From: an uncultured Porphyromonas sp.
GTDB taxonomy: Bacteria; Bacteroidota; Bacteroidia; Bacteroidales; Porphyromonadaceae
NCBI GenBank assembly: GCA_943912835.1
Contig: CALTVJ010000002.1
Coordinates: 19,013 to 83,012, forward strand
Direction: 5' to 3'
Length of the DNA: 64,000 bases
A program made the position numbers and the translations under genes. Below the pieces are notes generated by a model. It was not told where the DNA came from. It saw only the letters and a list, made by a program, of their open reading frames with translations, and ran no database searches. Positions 50,682 through 60,712 of this stretch are shown piece after piece (within the stretch, counting starts at the first letter, position 1; every line of letters starts with the position of its first letter).

Positions 50682-51812
50682 ATGTTGATGAATAAAGACA
50701 ATATTGGCTTTGAACAAGAGGACTTAGGCCTTGAAGGTCTAAGTCTTTTAAGCTCTGATAATGAGTTTGATTTAGACGATTCCGAAGATTTAGGATTACC
50801 TACTGAAACTCTCTATGAGCATTATCGTTGTGTGGCTGATCCAGGCCAAGGAGCTATCCGTGTAGATAAGTTTCTAGCAGATCGTATGCCAGGAACTAGC
50901 CGAAACAGGATACAGCAGGCTGCTGATGCAGGTTATATTTTTATCAATGAAAAACCTGTAAAAAGCAATACCAAAGTTAGACCTCTTGATGTTGTTACAT
51001 TACAGTTAAGACGCCCTCGTCGTCATCTTGAGATTATTCCTGAAAATATCCCTCTAAATATTGTATATGAAGACGAACATCTGATGGTTATTAACAAACC
51101 TGCAGGTATGGTTGTACACCCAGGATTTGGAAATTATTCGGGGACTTTAGTTAATGCTTTAGCTTATTACCTAAAAGATGATCCATTGTATGATCCTGAA
51201 GATCCTAACGTAGGTCTGGTACATCGTATAGATAAGGATACTAGTGGATTGTTGGTAATTGCTAAAAGATCACAATCTAAAGCCCACTTGAGTAAACAAT
51301 TCTTTGATAAAACAACACAAAGAGCTTACCGAGCTTTGGTTTGGGGACGTCTCTCAGACAGAGAGGGTACTATTAGGGGAAATATCGGTAGAGATAGTAC
51401 CGACAGACTACAAATGAGTGTTTACCCAGAGGGTAGTGATAAGGGAAAACCTGCTGTTACTCATTATCAAGTTCTGGAAGAACTAGCCTATGTGTCATGG
51501 ATCGAATGCCGTTTAGAAACAGGACGTACACATCAAATTAGAGCTCATATGAAGCATATTGGTCACACCTTATTTGCTGATGAACGTTACGGAGGCAATA
51601 AACCTCTTTGGGGAAATAAATTTACTAAGTATAAGCAGTTTATAGATAATTGTTTAAAAATTTGTCCTCGTCAAGCTCTCCATGCCAAGACTTTAGGATT
51701 TGTCCATCCTGTAACTAACGAATGGATGACATTTGACAGTACGATTCCTCAGGATCTGTCTACTCTTCTAAATCGCTGGCGTACTTATGCAGCACAAGTT
51801 GACGATCAATAA
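50682..51812 (+). CDS. rluD: RluA/RluD-family 23S rRNA pseudouridine synthase
   Basis: The S4 domain and the catalytic motif (HRIDKDTSGLLVIAK) are present. An acidic N-terminal extension precedes them. Confidence 0.85.
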   Translation: MLMNKDNIGFEQEDLGLEGLSLLSSDNEFDLDDSEDLGLPTETLYEHYRCVADPGQGAIRVDKFLADRMPGTSRNRIQQAADAGYIFINEKPVKSNTKVRPLDVVTLQLRRPRRHLEIIPENIPLNIVYEDEHLMVINKPAGMVVHPGFGNYSGTLVNALAYYLKDDPLYDPEDPNVGLVHRIDKDTSGLLVIAKRSQSKAHLSKQFFDKTTQRAYRALVWGRLSDREGTIRGNIGRDSTDRLQMSVYPEGSDKGKPAVTHYQVLEELAYVSWIECRLETGRTHQIRAHMKHIGHTLFADERYGGNKPLWGNKFTKYKQFIDNCLKICPRQALHAKTLGFVHPVTNEWMTFDSTIPQDLSTLLNRWRTYAAQVDDQ

Positions 51813-51909
51813 GAAGACCATTATCTCAACCAATAATTATACTCATAGTGTGATAGGGAATATCTCATTTTAAGTATATTTGTATGTAGAATTTAATCCT
51901 ATAAGAGTT

Positions 51910-53058
51910 ATGAAATTTACAGCAATAAGTAACGAACTATATCAACATTTACAAACTGTTGCCAAGGTAATTGATCCTAAAAGTTCAAATATAGTTCCTG
52001 TCTTAGATAATATCCTTTTTGAGCTAGAAGAAGATCAACTGACACTTTCTGCAGCAGATCTAAACAATAGACTGACTACAAATATACCTGTAAAAAGCGA
52101 GGGTAAATTGGGGAGCTTTTTGGTCCCTCATCGTACTTTGTTGGAGTTTCTTCGAGATTTGCCAGAACAGCCTGTTAGTTTGTATGTGAAGCCAGAGGAA
52201 AACTACATAGCCAAACTAGAGTATAGTAATGGCTTCTTTGATTTTACCGCAGCTGATGCTAGTAATTTTCCTGAGGTTGTAGTATTTGAGGGGCATACTT
52301 CCACTCTTGAACTACCTGGTGCAGATGTATTATTAGGTATTAATTCTACAAAATTTGCAGCCTCAACAGATGAGCGTCGTCCTATTATGACAGGGGTTCT
52401 TATGGATTTTAAGGAAGACAGTTTGGTATATGTAGCCTCAGATGGACGATATCTTGTGCGCCATACCGATCGTAAGGTGAAAGGAGCTCCTCAGGCACAA
52501 CTTTGTATTCCAGCATCCATTTGTACCCTACTTACGTCATCTTTGTTACCCAAAGAAACAGGTAATATTCGTTTGACTTACGATGAACGCTATTTGCAAA
52601 TCTCATTATCTCGCTTCACTCTTACAGCACGTTTGTTAGACGGGAAGTTCCCTAATTACAATTCTGTAATTCCACCTACTAGCCCTTATGAAGTCACAGT
52701 AAATAAGGATGCATTACAATTTGGTAGTAAACGAGTTTCTGCTTGTGCAAACAAAGCGAGTAAATTGATTTTATTGCTCATTAAAGACGGATACATTACA
52801 CTGCAATCCAAAGATTTAGACTTGTCTATTGCTGGAGAAGAAAAAATTCCTTGCTCAATTAATAGTGATGAATACAATATTCGTATTGGTTTTGATTCTG
52901 ATTTATTAGGGAAAATATTAACTAGTTTACAATCACAAGAGGTAACTCTTTCACTTTCAGATCAAACTCGAGCCGCAGTCATTTGTCCAGTAGAAGAACC
53001 TGAGGACGTGGAGACCCTTTGTCTATTGATTCCCTTAAAATTATTGAGTGACAGATAA
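51910..53058 (+). CDS. dnaN: DNA polymerase III beta sliding clamp
   Basis: MKFTAISNELYQHLQTV... with the three-domain clamp. The track start at 51880 is TTG, and the ATG at 51910 gives the canonical N-terminus. Confidence 0.9.
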   Translation: MKFTAISNELYQHLQTVAKVIDPKSSNIVPVLDNILFELEEDQLTLSAADLNNRLTTNIPVKSEGKLGSFLVPHRTLLEFLRDLPEQPVSLYVKPEENYIAKLEYSNGFFDFTAADASNFPEVVVFEGHTSTLELPGADVLLGINSTKFAASTDERRPIMTGVLMDFKEDSLVYVASDGRYLVRHTDRKVKGAPQAQLCIPASICTLLTSSLLPKETGNIRLTYDERYLQISLSRFTLTARLLDGKFPNYNSVIPPTSPYEVTVNKDALQFGSKRVSACANKASKLILLLIKDGYITLQSKDLDLSIAGEEKIPCSINSDEYNIRIGFDSDLLGKILTSLQSQEVTLSLSDQTRAAVICPVEEPEDVETLCLLIPLKLLSDR

Positions 53059-53064
53059 ATCGTC

Positions 53065-53844
53065 ATGAAATTGAATTTAAAACGACCTGCGATTGTCTTT
53101 GACCTTGAGACTACGGGCACTTCGATTACATCCGATAGAATCGTCGAGATTTCGATAATCAAAATACAACCCGATGGTGAAGAGGTGATCAAAACCCGTT
53201 TGATAAACCCTGGGATCCCCATCCCCAAAGAGGCCACTGATGTCCATGGCATATCTGATGACGATGTTCGTGACGCTCCACGCTTTAGTCAGATAGCACA
53301 AAATCTATATGAGTGGATTCGAGGATGTGATTTGATTGGATTTAATTCCAATCGTTTTGATGTCCCAATGCTTGCTGAAGAGTTTTTAAGATCAGGAATA
53401 GACCCTAAATTTCACGAGTGTAATATGATCGATGTCCAAGTATTGTATCACAAGATGGAGCCAAGAAATTTGTCTGCAGGATACAAATTTTATACTGGGA
53501 AAACGCTAGAAGATGCTCACTCTGCAGAAGCAGATACTCGTGCCACCTATGAAATATTACAGGCTCAACTTGAGAAGTATCATGATACTCTAACGAATGA
53601 TATTGAAACCTTGTCTGAACTATCAAGTTATCGTAAACTCGTAGATTATGCTGGAGTTTTAAGCTATGGAGAAGATGGGGATGTTGTATTGAACATCGGT
53701 AAATACAAAGGGCAGAAACTAGAAGATGTTTTGAAACGAGATTTTGGCTACTATTCTTGGGTAATGAAAAGTGAGTTTACACTCGATACAAAGATGTGTT
53801 TTACTCGCATCGTTGAACAGATGAAACAGGAGGGAGCGTTATAA
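53065..53844 (+). CDS. DnaQ-like 3'-5' exonuclease (DEDDh)
   Basis: Exo I (FDLETTG), Exo II (FNSNRFDVPML) and Exo III (HSAEADTRA) motifs are present. It lies immediately downstream of dnaN. Confidence 0.8.
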   Translation: MKLNLKRPAIVFDLETTGTSITSDRIVEISIIKIQPDGEEVIKTRLINPGIPIPKEATDVHGISDDDVRDAPRFSQIAQNLYEWIRGCDLIGFNSNRFDVPMLAEEFLRSGIDPKFHECNMIDVQVLYHKMEPRNLSAGYKFYTGKTLEDAHSAEADTRATYEILQAQLEKYHDTLTNDIETLSELSSYRKLVDYAGVLSYGEDGDVVLNIGKYKGQKLEDVLKRDFGYYSWVMKSEFTLDTKMCFTRIVEQMKQEGAL

Positions 53845-53853
53845 TTTAAGAGT

Positions 53854-55071
53854 ATGAATCATTTACAAGGGAAACGTATTGTACTTGGTATAACAGGTAG
53901 TATTGCAGCTTATAAAGCTGCTGTATTAGTTCGTCTTCTTATCAAGCGAGGGGCAGAAGTCCAAATTGTAATAACCCCATCAGGTAAAGAATTTATTACT
54001 CCCATAACTCTTTCGGCATTAACGAGTAAACCTGTAATAAGTGAGTTTTTTTCGGGACGTGATGGTACATGGAATAGCCATGTTGATATTGGTCTGTGGG
54101 CTGATGCTATGCTTATAGCACCTGCAACAGCTTCTACCATTGGTAAAATGGCACATGGAATAGCTGACAATATGTTAATTACTACATATTTGTCAATGAA
54201 AGCTCCTGTTTTTATAGCTCCAGCGATGGATCTTGATATGTATAAGCATCCCTCAACGAGCGACAATTTGAACTTGCTCCAATCTAGAGGGAATCATATC
54301 ATTGAGCCAGCTACAGGTTTCTTGGCAAGTCATTTGGAGGGTAAAGGGCGTATGGAAGAACCTGAAGAAATTGTTAATCAATTAAACCTGTATTTTTCCG
54401 AAGAAGAAACATACAAAGGGAAACATGTACTTATTACGGCGGGCCCAACACATGAAGCTATTGACCCTGTTCGTTTCCTCGGAAATAACTCAACAGGGCG
54501 TATGGGCATAGCTTTGGCTAATCGTTATGCCCAATTAGGTGCAAAAGTTTTTCTTGTTTTGGGACCTACAGATCTTAGGCCTATTGACTCTGTTGAGGTG
54601 ACTTCGGTTGTATCAGCCTTGGATATGTTTAAAGCGGTAGAAGAGCGAATAGAAAGTGCGGATATAGCCATTTTCTCTGCAGCTGTTGCAGATTATAGAC
54701 CTTCAGAGTTCTCTAATGAAAAAATAAAACGAGAAACTCAGGCTGATCTTAGTATTAAACTTGAGAGAAATCCGGATATTGCTGCAAGTATGGGGAAACG
54801 TAAAAAGTCAGAGCAGTATTTCGTTTGTTTTGCATTGGAAACTTCCTCTGGAGAGTCTGAAGCTTTACGAAAGATGGAGGAAAAAGGTATGGATGCTTGT
54901 ATCCTAAATTCTCTACAAGATGAAGGATCTGGCTTTGGTTACAAAACTAATAAGGTTACGATATATACAAAAAGACAGGAAGAACCCTATAAGACCGATT
55001 TGCATAGTAAAGAGGAGATAGCCAAAGAAATTGTAAAATATATTGATCAAGATTACAGAACAAAGTTTTAA
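53854..55071 (+). CDS. coaBC: Bifunctional phosphopantothenoylcysteine decarboxylase / phosphopantothenate-cysteine ligase
   Basis: It has an N-terminal flavoprotein domain and a C-terminal CoaB domain, 405 aa in total. Confidence 0.9.
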   Translation: MNHLQGKRIVLGITGSIAAYKAAVLVRLLIKRGAEVQIVITPSGKEFITPITLSALTSKPVISEFFSGRDGTWNSHVDIGLWADAMLIAPATASTIGKMAHGIADNMLITTYLSMKAPVFIAPAMDLDMYKHPSTSDNLNLLQSRGNHIIEPATGFLASHLEGKGRMEEPEEIVNQLNLYFSEEETYKGKHVLITAGPTHEAIDPVRFLGNNSTGRMGIALANRYAQLGAKVFLVLGPTDLRPIDSVEVTSVVSALDMFKAVEERIESADIAIFSAAVADYRPSEFSNEKIKRETQADLSIKLERNPDIAASMGKRKKSEQYFVCFALETSSGESEALRKMEEKGMDACILNSLQDEGSGFGYKTNKVTIYTKRQEEPYKTDLHSKEEIAKEIVKYIDQDYRTKF

Positions 55072-55076
55072 AGTCT

Positions 55077-56765
55077 ATGCTTAAAACTCTCATCATAAGG
55101 AACTACGTTTTAATTGAAGCATTAGAACTAGACTTTCACCCTGGTTTTACAAGTATCACAGGAGAAACCGGAGCGGGGAAAAGTATTCTGCTCGGAGCGA
55201 TTGCGCTGTTAATGGGGCAACGAGCCGAGTCTAGTATTGTTGGTCCTCATGGTGATAAATGTGTTATTGAAGCGCACTTCTCTACCACAGACGAGTTTAT
55301 AACCCAACTACTAGAGAATGAAGACATAGACCTTGATGAGAGCAATTTGATTATACGCAGAGAGCTTTCTTTAAAGGGAAAGAGTAGAGCGTTTGTTAAC
55401 GATACTCCATGTTCTCTTACTTTGCTAAAGCAACTCAGTGAGTACTTGATTGATATTCACTCTCAGCATAAGAATTTACTGCTAGGAGATTCTCAATTTC
55501 AGTTATCTGTTCTCGATCTATATGGTGGTTCTCAGAAAGAGTTAAAGTTATATCAAAGCGCTTACCAAGCATTACAAAAAGAGATCAAAATTTTAGAACA
55601 GGCTCGTTTAGAAGCTAGTGAGGCGTTGAGAGAGCAGGACTACATTCAGTTTCAGTATACACAGTTGGCAGAGGCTAATTTGCAAATTGGGGAGCAAGAA
55701 AAGTTAGAATCGGAAGAAGAGTTTTTGACTCATGCTCATGACATCAAAAATGGCTTATCACGAGCATATCTTGCTCTAGATGATGATGAGCGAGGTGCAC
55801 TAAGGGCTTTGTATACATCCATTGATGCTTTGGATGAAGTTTTGACTTATTATGAGGATGGACGCGAACTTTACGAACGTCTACAAAGTGCTCGCTTAGA
55901 GGTTCTCGATATCTCAAATACAATCTCTCGATTTGAAGATAGTATCGAGTATGACTCCGAAAGACTTGCTTTTGTTTCTCATCGCTTAGACCTTATAAAT
56001 AGTCTTCTAAATAAGCACTCACGACAAACTGTAGAAGAATTGATAGAACTGCGAGATGAGTTGGATGATAAACTCAACAACTTGAATAACCATGATATGT
56101 ACATCGCAGAGCTTGAGAACAAAGTTAAAAAATCTAAAGCAGAGGTTAGGTCCTTAGCTGAAGCTTTATACAAAAAGCGTTTCGCTGCGAGTCAACAAAT
56201 TGAAAAGATTCTCGTATCGGGGTTAAAAGAGCTCGGAATGCCTTACGTTCGTTTCTCTATTAATCTGGAGCATAGTGATGAACATTACAACTCTTCGGGC
56301 GGTGATAAAGTAACTTATCTTTTCTCTGCCAATAAAAAAATAGAACCAGAACCGGTTGCTCATATAGCTTCTGGAGGTGAGATTTCTCGCTTGATGCTTT
56401 GTATCAAAGCCTTAATTGCTGGACATCGTAGTTTACCAACTATTATTTTTGATGAAATAGATACAGGTGTGTCTGGCGATATTGCAGATCGTATAGGATC
56501 AATACTTCAGAATATGGGAGAGAATATGCAGGTAATGGCAGTTACTCATTTACCACAAATTGCGGCATCCGGAGATACTCATATATACATATACAAAGAG
56601 CATCGAGAGTCGGAGACTATAAGTCACATTCGTTATTTAGATAAAAAGGAACGAATTGAAGAGATTGCACGTATGCAGAGTGGTAATAAATTCTCAGATA
56701 TTACTTTAGCTGCAGCTGAAGAGTTATTGACAAACGCTCAACACAAAAAAAATGAAACAAAATAA
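55077..56765 (+). CDS. recN: DNA repair protein RecN
   Basis: The Walker A motif (GETGAGKSIL), a long coiled-coil region and the C-terminal signature/Walker B (IIFDEIDTGVSG) are present. Confidence 0.9.
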   Translation: MLKTLIIRNYVLIEALELDFHPGFTSITGETGAGKSILLGAIALLMGQRAESSIVGPHGDKCVIEAHFSTTDEFITQLLENEDIDLDESNLIIRRELSLKGKSRAFVNDTPCSLTLLKQLSEYLIDIHSQHKNLLLGDSQFQLSVLDLYGGSQKELKLYQSAYQALQKEIKILEQARLEASEALREQDYIQFQYTQLAEANLQIGEQEKLESEEEFLTHAHDIKNGLSRAYLALDDDERGALRALYTSIDALDEVLTYYEDGRELYERLQSARLEVLDISNTISRFEDSIEYDSERLAFVSHRLDLINSLLNKHSRQTVEELIELRDELDDKLNNLNNHDMYIAELENKVKKSKAEVRSLAEALYKKRFAASQQIEKILVSGLKELGMPYVRFSINLEHSDEHYNSSGGDKVTYLFSANKKIEPEPVAHIASGGEISRLMLCIKALIAGHRSLPTIIFDEIDTGVSGDIADRIGSILQNMGENMQVMAVTHLPQIAASGDTHIYIYKEHRESETISHIRYLDKKERIEEIARMQSGNKFSDITLAAAEELLTNAQHKKNETK

Positions 56766-57498
56766 ATCAATATATGGTACTCACTCTTTACTAGAGGCAA
56801 TAGAAGCAGGTAAAGAAATTGATAAAATCTTTATTCGTAGAGACTTGAAGAGCCCAGAAGTACAGAGAATAGTTTCAATCGCTCGAGAGCGAGTTATTCC
56901 TCTGCAATATGTACCGATTGAGAAAATAGATCGTCTTGGTCGTCATCGTAATCATCAAGGGGTATTGGCTTTTTTATCAGAAATCGAATATACTGATTTG
57001 AATCAACTAATACCAATGCTTTATGAGGAGGGGAAAATGCCCTTTTTTCTACTTCTTGATGGGCTTACTGATGTTCGTAATTTTGGAGCAATAGCTCGAA
57101 CGGCAGAGTGTGCAGGTGTACACGCCATAATTATTCCCGATAAAGGCAGTGTGAGTGTAACTGCCGATGCGATAAAGACCTCGGCAGGTGCCTTACATAG
57201 ATTGCCTGTGTGTCGAGTTTCATCAATACCTACTACGATACAACAACTAAGAGAACATGGCATAAAGGTCGTCACAGCTAGTGAGAAAACGTCAAATACA
57301 TATACGGAGCAGGCACTTCTGCCTCCAATAGCTCTCGTTATGGGTAGTGAAGAGACTGGTCCAAGTCCAGCTAGTATTCGCTTGTCAGACTCTTTGGTGA
57401 GCATCCCTCAGGTTGGGTCCATAGGTTCACTGAATGTCTCTGTAGCTGCAGGGATATTGATTTACGAGGTCTTACGACAAAGTGCTATAACAGAATAG
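56752..57498 (+). CDS. rlmB: SpoU-family 23S rRNA (guanosine-2'-O)-methyltransferase RlmB
   Basis: It has an N-terminal L30e-like substrate-binding domain and a SPOUT domain (LVMGSEETG, SLNVSVAAGIL). Confidence 0.8.
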   Translation: MKQNKSIYGTHSLLEAIEAGKEIDKIFIRRDLKSPEVQRIVSIARERVIPLQYVPIEKIDRLGRHRNHQGVLAFLSEIEYTDLNQLIPMLYEEGKMPFFLLLDGLTDVRNFGAIARTAECAGVHAIIIPDKGSVSVTADAIKTSAGALHRLPVCRVSSIPTTIQQLREHGIKVVTASEKTSNTYTEQALLPPIALVMGSEETGPSPASIRLSDSLVSIPQVGSIGSLNVSVAAGILIYEVLRQSAITE

Positions 57499-57502
57499 TT
57501 CT

Positions 57503-58126
57503 ATGCGTATTCGTTTGTATGCTGACAATCCGAATTATAAAGACCTTCTCCAAATTGTTCAGGTTCTTCGCGAGGGGGGAGTCATTATTTACCCCACTAT
57601 AACGGGGTATGCTTACGCTTGTGATGCCCTCCAGAATAAAGCTGTTGAGAAGATATATAAATTAAAGGGGATAGATCCTCGTAAAAAGGCACTATCTCTG
57701 ATGTTTGAAGATATTAGTCAGCTATCAAACTATTGCAAAATCAACAATACAACATTTAGATTCATTAAAGAACACAAGGGGCAATTTACTTTCATTTTAT
57801 CCACGGCTTCCACTTTACCTAAGATATTTAAGCATCGTAAACAAATTGGAGCTAGACTTGTAGAGCATCCGATTGCGAAATTATTAGTAGAAGAGTTAGG
57901 TAATCCTCTCATTACGTCTTCTTTACCAACGATTAAGGATGACCCTGAGTATCGTCAGGACCCTGAGCTTGTGGAAGAACTGTATGGTTGGGAAGTTGAC
58001 CTTGTAGTCGATGCAGGATTCATAAAAGGAGAAGCATCAACTATTATTGATTGCACCCAAGAGCCTTTTAATCTTATTCGCTTAGGAGATGGTAGAGTTC
58101 AAGGCTTTGACCTCCGAGTAGAATAA
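57503..58126 (+). CDS. tsaC: L-threonylcarbamoyladenylate synthase (YrdC/TsaC type)
   Basis: It is a 207-aa YrdC-domain protein (IIYPTITGYAYACDA). Confidence 0.8.
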   Translation: MRIRLYADNPNYKDLLQIVQVLREGGVIIYPTITGYAYACDALQNKAVEKIYKLKGIDPRKKALSLMFEDISQLSNYCKINNTTFRFIKEHKGQFTFILSTASTLPKIFKHRKQIGARLVEHPIAKLLVEELGNPLITSSLPTIKDDPEYRQDPELVEELYGWEVDLVVDAGFIKGEASTIIDCTQEPFNLIRLGDGRVQGFDLRVE

Positions 58127-58148
58127 AACTTCCGATAAAATAATTGAC

Positions 58149-59372
58149 ATGTATAACATAGAGGCTATTAGAGCCGATTTTCCTATACTCAGTAAAACTG
58201 TACATCAACGCCCACTAATTTATTTTGACAATGGAGCTACCACACAAAAGCCCCAGGTAGTTTTGGATGCGATACTGAATGCTTATAGCAACACAAATGC
58301 AAATATCCATCGAGGTGTACACTATCTAAGCCAGAGAGCAACAGAACTGCATGAAGCTGCTCGCAAGCGTGTTGCTCAATTTATAAATGCCCCTGATGAA
58401 AAGCAAATTATATTCACTCGAGGAGCAACAGAGGGGATTAATCTTGTTGCCACATGCTTTGGTGCAAGGTACATTCGCTCTGGCGATGAAATTGTTGTGA
58501 GTACGATGGAGCATCATGCCAATATTGTACCTTGGCAAATGCTTTGCGAACGTTCGGGAGCTAAGCTTCGAGTAATTCAAATAACCGAATCTGGTGAGAT
58601 TGACTTACAGCACTATGAGAGCCTACTAAACAACAAAACCAAAATTGTTGCTATTGCACACGTTAGCAATGTTCTCGGGACAATCAACCCAATTAAGCAA
58701 ATTATAGATTTAGCACACAATAAGGATATTCCTGTCCTTGTCGATGGTGCTCAGGCTATTGCGCACCTTAAAGTGGATGTTCAAGCCCTTGGAGCTGATT
58801 TCTATGTATTCAGTTCGCACAAGGTATATGGTCCCACAGGTGTTGGAGTACTTTATGGTCGCAAGGATCTTTTAGAGGAAATGCCTCCCTATATGGGTGG
58901 AGGGGAAATGATTGAGAAAGTAAGTTTTGAGAAGACGACTTACAATGCACTTCCATTCAAATTTGAAGCAGGCACTCCCGATTACGTAGGTAGTGTGGCT
59001 CTAGCTAGAGCTTTAGACTATATTGATACGATAGGTTTGGAGCTTATCAAGGAGTATGAGGATGATTTGCTACGATATGCTACTGAACGTTTGATATCAG
59101 AATTTCCTAATGTCCGCATCTTGGGTAAAGCTCAACATAAGGGAGCGACATTATCTTTTGCAATTGGAGATATTCATTCATTTGATCTTGGGACATTATT
59201 AGATCAAATGGGAATTGCCATACGAACAGGGCATCATTGTGCAGAGCCTTTGTTGGCTCATTATGGATATAACTCTATTGCTCGTGCTTCGTTTGCTCTG
59301 TATAATACAAAAGACGAAATCGACCAATTTATAGCCGCCCTTAAACGAGTTGTTCCGATGTTACAAAACTAA
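58149..59372 (+). CDS. sufS: Cysteine desulfurase SufS (class V aminotransferase)
   Basis: The PLP lysine (SSHKVYGPTG) and the catalytic Cys (RTGHHCAEPL) are present, and the length is 407 aa. Confidence 0.85.
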   Translation: MYNIEAIRADFPILSKTVHQRPLIYFDNGATTQKPQVVLDAILNAYSNTNANIHRGVHYLSQRATELHEAARKRVAQFINAPDEKQIIFTRGATEGINLVATCFGARYIRSGDEIVVSTMEHHANIVPWQMLCERSGAKLRVIQITESGEIDLQHYESLLNNKTKIVAIAHVSNVLGTINPIKQIIDLAHNKDIPVLVDGAQAIAHLKVDVQALGADFYVFSSHKVYGPTGVGVLYGRKDLLEEMPPYMGGGEMIEKVSFEKTTYNALPFKFEAGTPDYVGSVALARALDYIDTIGLELIKEYEDDLLRYATERLISEFPNVRILGKAQHKGATLSFAIGDIHSFDLGTLLDQMGIAIRTGHHCAEPLLAHYGYNSIARASFALYNTKDEIDQFIAALKRVVPMLQN

Positions 59373-59379
59373 TTAGCCA

Positions 59380-60699
59380 ATGATTGACGCAAAAAAATTA
59401 TACGAATACTATCTAAGTCACCCTATTATATCAACAGATAGTAGGCAAATAACACCCAACTGTATCTTTTTTGCCTTGTCTGGCGAGCGCTTTGATGGGA
59501 ATGATTATGTTTTGGATGCTTTAAATCTTGGAGCGGCTTACGCCGTTGTTGATAATCCAGAATTAGAGGAGCATCCGCAACTCTTGAAGGTTGAGGATAC
59601 TCTTCTAGCTCTTCAAGAGCTTGCGGCTTTACATAGAGCTGAACTTGCTAAGCCTGTGATTGCAATCACAGGTACAAATGGTAAAACAACGACCAAGGAA
59701 CTTGCTGCATCGGTGTTGTCTAAGGCATATAACGTACTGTATACCGAGGGGAACCTAAACAATCATATTGGTGTACCACTGACCTTACTCCGACTGAAAG
59801 CTGAGCATGATTTTGCTATCATTGAAATGGGTGCAAGTAAACCTGGAGATATTGAGGAGCTTTGTGTTATAGCCCAACCGAATTACGGAATTATAACTAA
59901 TATAGGCGAAGCACACCTTGAAGGATTTAAGAGTATAATAGGTGTTGAACGTACGAAGGCTGAGCTATATAAATGGCTTAAAGAACATGATGGTAAGGTG
60001 ATTCGTAAGGAAGAGGATGAGCGTCTAACTCGTCTATCTCAAGGCATACCTGCTGTAACTTATGGTGTGAGTGAAGCAGCTGTAGTCCGAGGTGTCTTGT
60101 CTCCATATGGAAAAGAGTTACAACTTAATTTTAGTTGGGAAGTCCCCAGTATTGGTATAGATAAACAGGAGCAAAAAACACGTTTAGTGGGGGATTACAA
60201 TCTAGACAATACGTTAACTGCTATTGCCGTAGGTCTGTTTTTCGGTGTCGAGACTCGAGATATTAAACAGGCTATTGAAGATTATACTCCTCAGAATAAT
60301 CGCTCACAATATCAGAGAAGCGAATACAACGAATTGATTATAGATGCTTACAATGCTAACCCTACTAGTATGGAGCGTGCATTGAGTAACTTTCTTGCAC
60401 TCAATAGTGAGTATCCTAAGTTAGCAATATTGGGCGATATGAATGAATTGGGGGAGTCTACAACAAATGCACATTTGAATTTGTATAATATGCTGAAGCC
60501 TTATGTCGAGCAAGGCGCTTTGACTGTGATTTATTGTGGACCGATTTGGAGTAGAGTTTTGCAATCAGAGACAGTTACTGCAATAAAAGATGTTGAAGCT
60601 CTAAAAGCTTACATTACCTCAAACACCATCAAGGAAAGAACAATCCTAATCAAAGGGTCGAATGGGATAAATCTCAAAAACATAGTGCCTTTACTATAA
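59380..60699 (+). CDS. murF: UDP-N-acetylmuramoyl-tripeptide--D-alanyl-D-alanine ligase
   Basis: The Mur ligase middle-domain P-loop (ITGTNGKTTTKE) and C-terminal domain are present. Confidence 0.85.
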   Translation: MIDAKKLYEYYLSHPIISTDSRQITPNCIFFALSGERFDGNDYVLDALNLGAAYAVVDNPELEEHPQLLKVEDTLLALQELAALHRAELAKPVIAITGTNGKTTTKELAASVLSKAYNVLYTEGNLNNHIGVPLTLLRLKAEHDFAIIEMGASKPGDIEELCVIAQPNYGIITNIGEAHLEGFKSIIGVERTKAELYKWLKEHDGKVIRKEEDERLTRLSQGIPAVTYGVSEAAVVRGVLSPYGKELQLNFSWEVPSIGIDKQEQKTRLVGDYNLDNTLTAIAVGLFFGVETRDIKQAIEDYTPQNNRSQYQRSEYNELIIDAYNANPTSMERALSNFLALNSEYPKLAILGDMNELGESTTNAHLNLYNMLKPYVEQGALTVIYCGPIWSRVLQSETVTAIKDVEALKAYITSNTIKERTILIKGSNGINLKNIVPLL

Positions 60700-60712
60700 C
60701 GTAATCGAATGT

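Noticed and set aside
51880-51909. N-terminal extensions implied by ORF-track starts (dnaN 51880, lysS 8441, cls 18348, lemA 22749, LysE 3589, folB 4042, 465-aa gene 41893)
   Set aside because: These track starts are TTG/GTG codons translated as Met. Conserved N-termini and nearby -7 promoter boxes indicate the downstream ATG codons are the real starts.
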